Positions 36,601 through 45,633 of a DNA stretch of 62,456 nucleotides are shown here, piece after piece (the stretch's first letter is position 1; each line of letters begins with the position of its first letter). The notes beneath the pieces are model-generated. The model ran no database searches. It was given only the letters and a program-made list of their open reading frames with translations, and had not been told where the DNA came from. This stretch comes from an uncultured Candidatus Saccharibacteria bacterium. Lineage in GTDB: Bacteria; Patescibacteriota; Saccharimonadia; Saccharimonadales; JAGQNJ01. A program made the translations under genes and the position numbers. The stretch spans positions 52,478 to 114,933 of the forward strand of contig CAYRSA010000005.1 in NCBI GenBank assembly GCA_964426845.1, read 5' to 3'.

Positions 36601-38370
36601 CTAGCCTTTAATTTCGTAGCTGGCCAGCTTCTTCTTATTGGTTTCGGTTTTACCCTGTTGGAGCTTGAGCAGTTGAGCATAAATACCATCAGTTTTCGCC
36701 AGCTCAGCTGGTGAGCCAACTTCGTCCACCTTGCCACCAGCAATAGTGATGATCTGGTCAACATGACTAATCGTACTGAGGCGATGGGCAATAATTAGAG
36801 TGGTGCGACCCTTCATCAGGCGCTCTAGGGCTTCTTGGACCATGGCTTCGGACTTACTGTCTAGGCTAGAGGTGGCTTCGTCCAGTATCAAAATTGGCGC
36901 ATCTTTAAGTAGAGCCCGGGCAATGGCAATTCGCTGTTTCTGGCCGCCGGACAGTTTAAGGCCACGTTCGCCAATTTGAGTGTCGTAACCCTTCTCAAAC
37001 TTCTTGATAAACTCATGGGCATTAGCCGCTTTGGCCGCTGCCTGAATCTGAGAGTCCGAGGCTTTATCGTTGGAATAGCTAATGTTCTCGCGAATAGTAC
37101 CGCTGAACAGGGCCGGCTCTTGAAAGACCACGCCGATCTGCGATCTTAGTGATTTCTGGGTTACTTCGTTAATGTTTTGGCCATCAATCAGGATGGCGCC
37201 GTCCTGCGGCTCGTACAGGCGCATTAACAGATTGGTAATGGTGGTTTTGCCCTCGCCGGACTCGCCCACCAAGGCAATTTTTGTATCTGGCTCTATCTTG
37301 AAACTCACACCCTTTATCACCGCTTCTTTGTCGTAAGCGAAGGCCACGTTATCAAAAACCACCTCGCCCCGACTAACTTTAAGTGCCCTAGCCTCCGGAC
37401 GATCGGTGATCTCCGGCTCGAGCTCCATGATCTCGAAGTAGTCTCGGCTATCAGCCACGGCTTTTTGAGTATTCTCGACTAGGAAGCTAATCGTGAAAAT
37501 CGGAATGCGGATTTGCATAGCGTACAGAATCAAAGCCACAGCCTGTCCGGCCGAGAAGGTGCCGTTAACTCCCTGAACGAAGATTAGAACGTAAACCGCA
37601 AAAAAAATGACGTTCAGCACCAGTCGGCGCTGGACATCGCGTTTATGCCACAGGCTGGACTGGGGGATGTTGGTTTTGACGACGCCGGCGTACTGCTTGT
37701 CGAAAAACTTAAGTTCGCGCCTCTCCTGAATAAAGCTTTTGACGACTTTTATCTGGTTAATGCTCTCAGCAAAGCGGCCGGTGGCCTGATCGCGGTAATC
37801 ATTCTTGGTGTGTTGGTACTCCATCCACTTACCACTGGTCTTGACGGTCATCCAGATATAAATCGGGTATAGGGCAAACAATAACAGAGCAATCGGCCAG
37901 CTATATATAGCAATAATCACCAGGGCAAACACCGTGCTAAAGATAAACTGCAAGAAGTTGTTGCTAAGCATGTGCATGAAACTAGCAATCTGGTCAATCG
38001 AGCGGTTCAGGCGGTTGATAATCTTACCGGACAGCTCGGTATCGAAGTACTTCTGCTGGAGGCCCAAGATGTGTTGGTAATATCGGGTGCTAAGCAATTT
38101 TTGCAGTTTCTCGGACATCTGGTCGCCGTAATAGCCACCGACGTTGGTCAGCACTGTAGTAGCCAGATCCAGGCCGAATATGGCGGCCGCCAGCCAAATG
38201 ACGTAGTTAATCTCAACCGAGCCACCAGTTTGAATGGCGTCAATCGCTTTACCGCTAAAAAACGGGATAGCCAGCCCAGCCAGGGCTACCAAGATCGAGA
38301 TACCACTGACCGTAAGATAATAGGGCCAGAGTTCCCGCGTAAATTTTAGAATCCGCCAGATGTGTTTCAC
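36601..38370 (-). CDS. ABC exporter, fused permease/ATPase (MsbA/multidrug type)
   Basis: 589 aa with Walker A GESGEGKTT, signature LSGGQKQRIAIARAL and Walker B ILILDEATS. It overlaps pheT by 4 nt. Confidence 0.9.
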   Translation of the reverse strand: MKHIWRILKFTRELWPYYLTVSGISILVALAGLAIPFFSGKAIDAIQTGGSVEINYVIWLAAAIFGLDLATTVLTNVGGYYGDQMSEKLQKLLSTRYYQHILGLQQKYFDTELSGKIINRLNRSIDQIASFMHMLSNNFLQFIFSTVFALVIIAIYSWPIALLLFALYPIYIWMTVKTSGKWMEYQHTKNDYRDQATGRFAESINQIKVVKSFIQERRELKFFDKQYAGVVKTNIPQSSLWHKRDVQRRLVLNVIFFAVYVLIFVQGVNGTFSAGQAVALILYAMQIRIPIFTISFLVENTQKAVADSRDYFEIMELEPEITDRPEARALKVSRGEVVFDNVAFAYDKEAVIKGVSFKIEPDTKIALVGESGEGKTTITNLLMRLYEPQDGAILIDGQNINEVTQKSLRSQIGVVFQEPALFSGTIRENISYSNDKASDSQIQAAAKAANAHEFIKKFEKGYDTQIGERGLKLSGGQKQRIAIARALLKDAPILILDEATSSLDSKSEAMVQEALERLMKGRTTLIIAHRLSTISHVDQIITIAGGKVDEVGSPAELAKTDGIYAQLLKLQQGKTETNKKKLASYEIKG

Positions 38371-40868
38371 AGACGGATAGCCTTTAGTTTGGTTTTAGCT
38401 GTGGCAGCAATCTCGTCCAGTAGTTTGTTGACCTCTTCGGTCACCAGCGTCCGATCATGATGAGTCAGAGTAATCCGGAAACTAAAGTGTTTGCTGGCCT
38501 TGTCTTTCTGGTAGATGTCAAGGAGCCCTAGTTTTGTCATGTAGCCGTGCTGACTGGCTGCCGCCTGCAAAGCCGCCTCAACCACCGAGCCAAGCTCTGC
38601 ATAAGTGACGGCAGCCGGTAATTTGAAGGTAATATCCTGGTTGGTACTTGGGAAACGTGATAGCGGACGGTACGGCGACCCTTCGTCAGCTCGCAGCAAG
38701 AATAATAGTGGGTCAATCTCCAAACCAGCCACCGATTCCGGCAGTTTCAAGGCTTGTTTAACGGATTCTCGGTATTCGCCCACAAAGCCCCAGACTAGTT
38801 TCTGGTCGTCGACCAGAGCCGCACTGCGCTTGGGATCAAAGGGCTTAGATTGTTGAATCAAAACATCATTTTTATATAGGTCAGCTTTGTCCAACGGCAC
38901 CAGATTGACGGTTTTTACTACTTGGAAGTCCTCAAGCAAAGCATCCAAGTATTGTCGAGCCTGGTAATAAGCCGCGCCCTTAGTCGGCTTCTTCGAAGCA
39001 TAGACGAGGCTCAAACTATTAAATTCTCTGGGCAGTTTTTCTTCGTCTTTGACTAGTTTGTTATGAGTTTTGTTCAGCTCAAACAGCGCAAACTCGTCAA
39101 AACCGGCCTTGATATTCATATGAACTTTGTCCAACAGGCTCGGGGTCAGACTGAGGCGGTAGTATTGCAGGTCGGGACTAAGGGCGTTACTTAGTTTGAA
39201 AGCTTGCTTGGCGTCCTGGCCAACTTTGGCTAGCAAATCTCCGTGCACGAATGAGTAGGTCAGTACTTCGTTGGCCCCGTCTCGTGACAAAACGTCCCGA
39301 ATCTGCAATTTTAGGTTCAACAAACTATCTTTGGCTGGCGGAGTCAGATCACGCCGAGGCAAAACCAGCGGCAAGTGGTCATAGCCATAAAGTCGACCGA
39401 CTTCCTCGACAATGTCCTCGGGAATCTCCAGATCAGTGCGCCAAAATGGTGGACTAACAATTAGACTTTTAGCATCGGACGTAACGCCCATCTCGACATT
39501 TTTCAGCAACTTAGCTATCTGAGCCGTGGTCAGATCAAGACCTAGACGCTGGTTAATGAAGTCCTGGCTAAGGTGAATGCCTTTCCAGAAGCCCATCGAC
39601 TTGTCCGGAGCTGTGTCGATAACGTCGCTGGCCAATTCTGCCCCAGCTAACTTTTGTAGCATGCCGACGGCGTAGGTTAGGACCACGTCGTTCTGCAACG
39701 GGCTCTGGCCCTTGTTGAAACGCGTCACGGCGTCAGTAAACAACCCCCATTGCATGCTGGTCTTGCGGATGGCGTACATATCGAACGTCGCGCATTCCAG
39801 CACTAGGCTGGTAGTACTAAAGTCGACTTCGGTGTCCCGACCGCCGATGGCTCCGGCCACGCCGACTGGTTGATCGCCGGAAGTAATCAGCATGGTTTTA
39901 TCGTCTTTAAACTCAGCGGTTTTGCCGTTGAGCATGGCCAGCTTGTCGCCTTTGCGCGACATCCTGGTCTCTAGGCTAGGCTTGGGAAGTTTATCGGCAT
40001 CATAGGCGTGCAGAGGCTGAGCCGTCAGAGCCATGACAAAGTTAGTGATATCCACTACGTTATTAATCGGCTTTATACCAAGCCGACTGAGGTAGGACTG
40101 CATAATGACTGGTGATTTTTTGACTTTTACGTCACTCAGAGCCACGGCCACAAACCGAGGTACCAGTTTAGGAATGCCGTTTTTGACCTTCAACGGTATA
40201 GTTTTTTGGGCTTTACCGACTTTAAGTGGCAAGCTATTCAAGTACCAATCAGGCGATTTGAACTGCAAGCCTTGGATACCGGCAATTTCTCGGGCTACGC
40301 CTAGAATACCGAAGCAATCTGGACGATGAGTGAACATTTTGTTCTCGATGTCGATGATGTAGTCATCGAGTTCATACAGTTCGGCAAAAGACGAGCCGGG
40401 CTTGGCCGGCTTATCAACCACCAGGATGCCGTCATGATCATCGCCCATGTTCAGTTCCCGAGCGCTGGCAATCATACCGTTGCTATCAACGCCACGCAGG
40501 GGCCGGACTTCCAGTTTGAACTGCTCATTATCATAAGTTGACGGAACTATCGAACCCGGCGGTAACCAGGCAACCGTTATGCCTTTACGGACGTTGTTAG
40601 CGCCGCAAACCACTTGAACCAGACCCTTAGAGTCACGCTTAACTTTCTTAACAGCACCGCCGTCATCAATCAGACAAACGTTGAGCTTGTCGGCATTAGG
40701 GTGCTTCTCGCAGGCCACCACTTTAGCCACCACGATACCTTCATAGTATTTACCAAGGTCGATAACCTCTTCAACCTCACCCAGCTGTGCCCCTATCTGG
40801 GACACCAAGTTATCGACCGGCAGCTTGACATTAGTGAACTCCCGCAACCAATTTACTGATATTTTCAT
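38367..40868 (-). CDS. pheT: Phenylalanine--tRNA ligase beta subunit
   Basis: 833 aa. The N-terminal tRNA-binding OB fold contains KVVACEKHPNADKLNVCLID, and the overall domain order is that of bacterial PheT. Confidence 0.93.
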   Translation of the reverse strand: MKISVNWLREFTNVKLPVDNLVSQIGAQLGEVEEVIDLGKYYEGIVVAKVVACEKHPNADKLNVCLIDDGGAVKKVKRDSKGLVQVVCGANNVRKGITVAWLPPGSIVPSTYDNEQFKLEVRPLRGVDSNGMIASARELNMGDDHDGILVVDKPAKPGSSFAELYELDDYIIDIENKMFTHRPDCFGILGVAREIAGIQGLQFKSPDWYLNSLPLKVGKAQKTIPLKVKNGIPKLVPRFVAVALSDVKVKKSPVIMQSYLSRLGIKPINNVVDITNFVMALTAQPLHAYDADKLPKPSLETRMSRKGDKLAMLNGKTAEFKDDKTMLITSGDQPVGVAGAIGGRDTEVDFSTTSLVLECATFDMYAIRKTSMQWGLFTDAVTRFNKGQSPLQNDVVLTYAVGMLQKLAGAELASDVIDTAPDKSMGFWKGIHLSQDFINQRLGLDLTTAQIAKLLKNVEMGVTSDAKSLIVSPPFWRTDLEIPEDIVEEVGRLYGYDHLPLVLPRRDLTPPAKDSLLNLKLQIRDVLSRDGANEVLTYSFVHGDLLAKVGQDAKQAFKLSNALSPDLQYYRLSLTPSLLDKVHMNIKAGFDEFALFELNKTHNKLVKDEEKLPREFNSLSLVYASKKPTKGAAYYQARQYLDALLEDFQVVKTVNLVPLDKADLYKNDVLIQQSKPFDPKRSAALVDDQKLVWGFVGEYRESVKQALKLPESVAGLEIDPLLFLLRADEGSPYRPLSRFPSTNQDITFKLPAAVTYAELGSVVEAALQAAASQHGYMTKLGLLDIYQKDKASKHFSFRITLTHHDRTLVTEEVNKLLDEIAATAKTKLKAIRL

Positions 40869-41425
40869 GCGACCTCCCGGACCATGTCAATTGCATAAAC
40901 GTCATCTTTAAAATGGGTGCGTTTCTCGGGAACTACTTTAAAGCCGGCTCGCTCGTAGAAATCAATAGCTGGCTGATTGTATTCAATGACTGAAAGCTTC
41001 ACACGACGTTCTGGCTTAAACCAGTTCAGCGCACCTTGCATCAATTTACTGCCTAATCCCTCTCCCTGAACTCTGGCTAATAAATACAGCCCTTCAAGTA
41101 CGTCTTCGGGTTTATCCCTGTGCTTTTCGGCATGGCAAAATCCCACGATCCGGCCGTCCGTATCTTTAACAACACGGTAGTAAATGTTTTCGTCGCGATC
41201 GATAACTCGCTGATACAGATTCCTGCGGAATTCATCCCCACTTTCATCAGCAACATAGCCAATTGCATCCCGCACCCATGCCTCGTCATGTCCTGAATTC
41301 TGGTAGGTTTCTATCCAAGACCGAAGTTGCATCTGACCAAGCTCTTGAACATCGTCCATGGTCGGCTCTGCAATCTCAAAATGGTGTTTTTTGCCTTCAA
41401 AAGTCATTGGATCAACCTCGCTCAT
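40865..41425 (-). CDS. GNAT family N-acetyltransferase embedded between pheS and pheT
   Basis: 186 aa with the acetyl-CoA motif A VQGEGLGSKLMQGAL. It has 4-nt overlaps with both the pheS stop and the pheT start. Confidence 0.85.
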   Translation of the reverse strand: MSEVDPMTFEGKKHHFEIAEPTMDDVQELGQMQLRSWIETYQNSGHDEAWVRDAIGYVADESGDEFRRNLYQRVIDRDENIYYRVVKDTDGRIVGFCHAEKHRDKPEDVLEGLYLLARVQGEGLGSKLMQGALNWFKPERRVKLSVIEYNQPAIDFYERAGFKVVPEKRTHFKDDVYAIDMVREVA

Positions 41426-42450
41426 CTGAACTGCCTCAGGAATTCTAGTTTGGCTGACTCGAAGTGTCGGACGTCCTCAATACTCTGCTTCATCATAACC
41501 AAGCGGTCGATGCCCATGCCCCAAGCAAAGCCGGTGTAAACTGACGGGTCAATTCCAGCCATTTTAAGGACGTTAGGGTGGATCATGCCACAGCCAAGTA
41601 ACTCAATCCAGCCGGCATGGCTACAGACTTTGCACCCCTTCTTAGCACAGAACGGACAACTGATGGCAAACTCGAAACTTGGCTCGGTGAACGGGAAGTA
41701 GAAAGGTTGAGTGCGAACTTCTAGCTCTTGCTGGTAGTACTCTTCCAGGAAGGTCTTTAGCGTGGCGATCAGGTTACCAGCATGCACGCCTTTATCAACA
41801 TAGATGCCCTCAAGTTGATAAAAAGTGTGCTCGTGCCTAGCGTCGAGGTCCTCATTGCGGAACACCCGATCAGGTACGGCTACGGCAATTGGTCGGTCAG
41901 CTTTCAAGTTGGGGGCATATTTTTTCAGGTAGCGATTCTGCATGGTGCTGGTGTGAGCTGGAGCGATCAAGCCCTCAGTAGTCATGAAAGTGTCGTAGTC
42001 ATCCCGGGCTGGGTGGTCTTTGGGGAAGTTTAGGCTATCGAACATATGATATTCGTCGTCAATGTGTCGAGATTCTTCAGTCACAAAGCCCATCCGAGCA
42101 AAAATATCCGAGATTTTCTGGAGTTCGGTCATCAGTGGGTGGCGACTGCCGTTTTCGGTAAGCAGAAATGCCGGCAAACCAGCATTGATATCCATAGGCG
42201 CCGTCACATCGATAGGCTCCAAAGTTTCGTCATCATCGGCCGCCTCTGCCACCAGTTTAGTCAGCTCGGCCTTTAATTGGTTGAGCTCCTTGCCGAAAGC
42301 CGCCCGCTCGGCTGGTTTTAACAGAGGAATCTCCGCACCTAGGCTCTTCAGCTCAGCCGATCGCAAAATGGACGTTTTATCCTCGGCCTTGGCCAGACGC
42401 TTTTTCAAAGCCACGGCCACCGACTCTATTTTCTTATTCGAATAACTCAT
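41422..42450 (-). CDS. pheS: Phenylalanine--tRNA ligase alpha subunit
   Basis: 342 aa with the class II motifs FRNEDLDARHEHTFYQLEG and GFAWGMGIDRL. Confidence 0.95.
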   Translation of the reverse strand: MSYSNKKIESVAVALKKRLAKAEDKTSILRSAELKSLGAEIPLLKPAERAAFGKELNQLKAELTKLVAEAADDDETLEPIDVTAPMDINAGLPAFLLTENGSRHPLMTELQKISDIFARMGFVTEESRHIDDEYHMFDSLNFPKDHPARDDYDTFMTTEGLIAPAHTSTMQNRYLKKYAPNLKADRPIAVAVPDRVFRNEDLDARHEHTFYQLEGIYVDKGVHAGNLIATLKTFLEEYYQQELEVRTQPFYFPFTEPSFEFAISCPFCAKKGCKVCSHAGWIELLGCGMIHPNVLKMAGIDPSVYTGFAWGMGIDRLVMMKQSIEDVRHFESAKLEFLRQFR

Positions 42451-42463
42451 GCTTAAAAATAGT

Positions 42464-42490
42464 ATACCACCTGTGGTAATCTGGTGGTAT
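42464..42490. repeat. Perfect 8-bp inverted repeat in the 38-bp pheS/yajQ divergent spacer
   Basis: ataccacc (42464-42471) pairs with ggtggtat (42483-42490) around an 11-nt loop. The left arm overlaps the pheS TGgTATACT box, and the right arm covers the first two bases of the yajQ ATG. Confidence 0.6.
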
Positions 42491-42986
42491 GGCCCAGTTT
42501 AGTTTTGATATTGTCAGCGATTATGACAAAGCCGAGATGAATCACGTGTTCGACCAAATCCAGCGTGAGCTGGCCAACCGTTATGATTTTAAGGGTACCA
42601 CCGCCGAGGTCCAGTGGCTAAATTCTGATCGCACCGGTTTCAAGGTGATGGGCGATGCTCAGTTCCAACTGGACGCCATCGCTGATATTATCCGCAAAAA
42701 GCTAGCCGCCCGCGGTCAAAGCCAAATGGTCATCGATGTAACCCAAGAGCCCATAACCACTAATCTGAAAATGTACTGGGAAGTGCCTTTCCAAAAAGGC
42801 TTGGACCACGAGAAAGCCAAGACAATTACCAAGCTAATTCGCGACGAGTACCCCAAAGTCAAAACCCAGATCCAGGGCGAAGAAGTCCGGGTCACCTCTC
42901 AGAAGAAAGACGAGCTCCAAGCCGTCATGCAACTGCTCAAGAAACAAGACTACAACTTCCCCTTAAGTTTTACTAATTTCCGCTAG
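42489..42986 (+). CDS. yajQ: YajQ family nucleotide-binding protein (UPF0234)
   Basis: 165 aa with FSFDIVSDYDKAEMNHVFDQIQRELANRYDFKGT. Confidence 0.88.
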   Translation: MAQFSFDIVSDYDKAEMNHVFDQIQRELANRYDFKGTTAEVQWLNSDRTGFKVMGDAQFQLDAIADIIRKKLAARGQSQMVIDVTQEPITTNLKMYWEVPFQKGLDHEKAKTITKLIRDEYPKVKTQIQGEEVRVTSQKKDELQAVMQLLKKQDYNFPLSFTNFR

Positions 42987-43022
42987 AGCAGACATAAGCA
43001 CTAACCTGTATACTGTATTTTA

Positions 43023-44378
43023 ATGAGCAAAGCCGCTAAGACTCCAACTCCCGGACCGGAATTGCCGGCCGTTCTACTGGACCAAGCCAAACAGGTCCTG
43101 GACGACAATTATCGCAACGGCCACACCATTCCGGCCGAGGGGCTCTATCCGCATCAGTGGCTGTGGGACAGCTGTTTCATCGCCATCGGCCTGGCCCATT
43201 ACGATATCGAGCGAGCCAAAATGGAAATCCTCAACCTCCTCAAGGGTCAGTGGAGCAACGGCATGATGCCCCACATGATTTTTGATCCAGCCCTCAAGTA
43301 TCGCCAAGACCGTGAGCTGTGGCGCAGTTACACTTCGCCTTACTCGCCGGACGGCATTCCAACCAGTGGCATCACCCAGCCGCCGCTAATTGCTGAGGCG
43401 GTCGTCCAGATTGGCAAAAAGCTCAGTAAAGAAGACCGCCGGGCCTGGTACACCAAAACTTATCCTCACCTAGTTAAGTATCACAAGTGGCTGTACCGCG
43501 ACCGCGACCCCAAAAACGAGGGCTTAGTCTTATTGGTTCACCCTTGGGAATCCGGCTTAGATAGCAGTCCGCCATGGATGTATGACCTCGAACACAATCA
43601 TATGGCTCCTTGGATCCGCCTCGTAAAATGGCTAAAACTTGACGGCTTGGTAAATAAACTGCGCCGCGATACCCATTTTGTGCCACCTGGCCAGCGACTC
43701 AGCACCACCGACGCTTTGTTGGTCTTTCATGTCCTACGCAAGCTACGCCATAAGGGCTATAGCCACCAGAGAATAATGAAGAGCAAGCTACCCAAGGTTG
43801 AGGATGCCGGCTATAACGCCATATTCATTAGAGCCAATAGCCACCTAAAACATATGGCCAAAACCCTAGGGCTAGACCTGCCTCAATCACTGGCCGCTGA
43901 CATCAAGCACACCGAGGAAGTCTACAACGACCTATGGGATGAGGCGGCTAGCCAATACTTCAGTTTTAACATCAATACCGGCGAAAAGATCTTGATTCCT
44001 TCAATTGCCACTTTCCTGGCTCTGTACTCCGGTAAGATTAGCAAAGACCACGCCGCCAAGCTGGTCGAGCACTTGAATAATCACCAAACCTACGCCGCCA
44101 AATTCCCTGTGCCCAGCGTTCCTCAAAACTCCACCTGGTTTGCTGCTCACCGTTATTGGCAGGGTCCTACTTGGATCAACACCAATTGGCTGATTGCTGA
44201 TGGCTTGGACAGATACGACTACAAAGAGGAGGCCGCCAAAATCCGCGAGTCGTCACTTCAATTAGTCGAAAGGTCTGGATTCTACGAGTATTTTTCACCG
44301 ACCGACGGTAGCCCGGCCGGCGCCAAGAACTTCTCTTGGACAGCCGCCCTGACTATCGACTTTTTGAACCGTAAGTAG
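43023..44378 (+). CDS. (alpha/alpha)6-barrel glycoside hydrolase, GH63/mannosylglycerate-hydrolase-like
   Basis: 451 aa with HQWLWDSCF, HPWESGLDSSPPW and WQGPTWINTNWL. TATACT lies 8 nt upstream of the ATG. Confidence 0.7.
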   Translation: MSKAAKTPTPGPELPAVLLDQAKQVLDDNYRNGHTIPAEGLYPHQWLWDSCFIAIGLAHYDIERAKMEILNLLKGQWSNGMMPHMIFDPALKYRQDRELWRSYTSPYSPDGIPTSGITQPPLIAEAVVQIGKKLSKEDRRAWYTKTYPHLVKYHKWLYRDRDPKNEGLVLLVHPWESGLDSSPPWMYDLEHNHMAPWIRLVKWLKLDGLVNKLRRDTHFVPPGQRLSTTDALLVFHVLRKLRHKGYSHQRIMKSKLPKVEDAGYNAIFIRANSHLKHMAKTLGLDLPQSLAADIKHTEEVYNDLWDEAASQYFSFNINTGEKILIPSIATFLALYSGKISKDHAAKLVEHLNNHQTYAAKFPVPSVPQNSTWFAAHRYWQGPTWINTNWLIADGLDRYDYKEEAAKIRESSLQLVERSGFYEYFSPTDGSPAGAKNFSWTAALTIDFLNRK

Positions 44379-45011
44379 CTATTCTTGGGTGGTGACCGAA
44401 ACTACAAAACCAGTTTTCTCGTTGGACGATTCTTCGGCGCTGGTTGATACTATGACACTCGAAGTGCGATTGCCTTTAGAAAAGGTCAACAGAGTACCGT
44501 CGCCAGAGGTAGAGTCCAGTTGAGTAGCCCAGCCTTGGGAAGCCATTTGAGCTTTGTAGTAAGCTGTCACATCAGCAACCGATGAAGCTGTGGTGGCTAC
44601 GGCGCTAAAAGAGGTGTTCTCGGCTTTACTACTAGATTGCAAAGTTGAAGGCTCGAAGATCGGCACATCAGATGGCCAGCCATCAGCCAAGGTGGCACCG
44701 GCACCGGCGGTAGTTGTAACGTTGCCGTCATCAGATTTGATGGTTACCGTACCGTCATCGACATCTACTCCGTCAGTGGCGCTATTAAACAGCGAGGCGA
44801 AGAATACTGTCGCTAGAATGGTCCCAATGATTCCTAGACCGACAATTACTCCGACTACGATTAGGACGATTTTCAGAGTATTGTCCTTTTTCTTAGTGCT
44901 TCCTGCGCCGGCAGTAGCTGACTTGGTAGCCTTATCAGCAGAGGCCGGAGTGGCGTCAGCCGGAGCCTCCTCTTTAACAGGTTGTTTTACTGGTTTAACG
45001 TCCTCTGGCAT
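44379..45011 (-). CDS. Hypothetical single-pass membrane protein
   Basis: 210 aa with an Ala/Lys/Pro-rich N-terminus, a TM segment IVLIVVGVIVGLGIIGTILATVFF and a Ser/Thr-rich ectodomain. It has a GGAGGG SD and abuts the glycosidase stop with no gap. Confidence 0.6.
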   Translation of the reverse strand: MPEDVKPVKQPVKEEAPADATPASADKATKSATAGAGSTKKKDNTLKIVLIVVGVIVGLGIIGTILATVFFASLFNSATDGVDVDDGTVTIKSDDGNVTTTAGAGATLADGWPSDVPIFEPSTLQSSSKAENTSFSAVATTASSVADVTAYYKAQMASQGWATQLDSTSGDGTLLTFSKGNRTSSVIVSTSAEESSNEKTGFVVSVTTQE

Positions 45012-45074
45012 ATACCCTCCTAGGTGATGTTTATGCTTACATCATACACCGAAGCGGACTTTTAGAACAATCGG

Positions 45075-45575
45075 CTAGTCGGCTAGAGCTGGAACCAAAG
45101 TCAGGCGAGAGGCTTTGCTGCCAGCCGTGGCGTACGCTGTGCCCCTAGAATAGCTCTTTATAGCTCGACGTAAGCCATTTAGTATCTGTAAATCATCTCG
45201 ACTATTGATCTTCGCTTTTAGAGCCGCCTTCTCCTCTGGACCGTACTCCTCGGTTGGCCAGACATCAATGGGCATCCCGCTGCGCAGAAGGGCGAAGTCA
45301 AACGCTGCTGAGCATTCCTCTCGAAGCTCCTTATGCCACTGGTTGAAGTGCCGACGATATTGATCATAGCGCTCGCTTGGTTGGCAGTTCCTGGTGACGT
45401 CAGCTCTAACCAAGCAATCCCGGCCCAAACCGGCGGCAACACTAGCTACAGCATCTTCCAACTGCATGCCTGGCAACTCTGCATATTCCAGCAACTCGGG
45501 TGCGTTCATAACATCAACAACCAGCTCACCAGTCAGCACGTGATAATTGACTTGATTAACAATTCCTTCTGCCAT
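45075..45575 (-). CDS. Hypothetical soluble protein
   Basis: 166 aa with no recognisable motif. TGaTATAGT lies about 24 nt upstream. Confidence 0.55.
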   Translation of the reverse strand: MAEGIVNQVNYHVLTGELVVDVMNAPELLEYAELPGMQLEDAVASVAAGLGRDCLVRADVTRNCQPSERYDQYRRHFNQWHKELREECSAAFDFALLRSGMPIDVWPTEEYGPEEKAALKAKINSRDDLQILNGLRRAIKSYSRGTAYATAGSKASRLTLVPALAD

Positions 45576-45633
45576 ATAGATTCTCTCTTATTTCGATGAA
45601 CTATATCATTTTTAAGATTACTTGTCTATAGGG

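Noticed and set aside
42451-42488. A T-box or attenuator leader upstream of pheS, as found in Firmicutes
   Set aside because: Only 38 bp separate pheS from the divergent yajQ, which leaves no room for a ~200-nt T-box.
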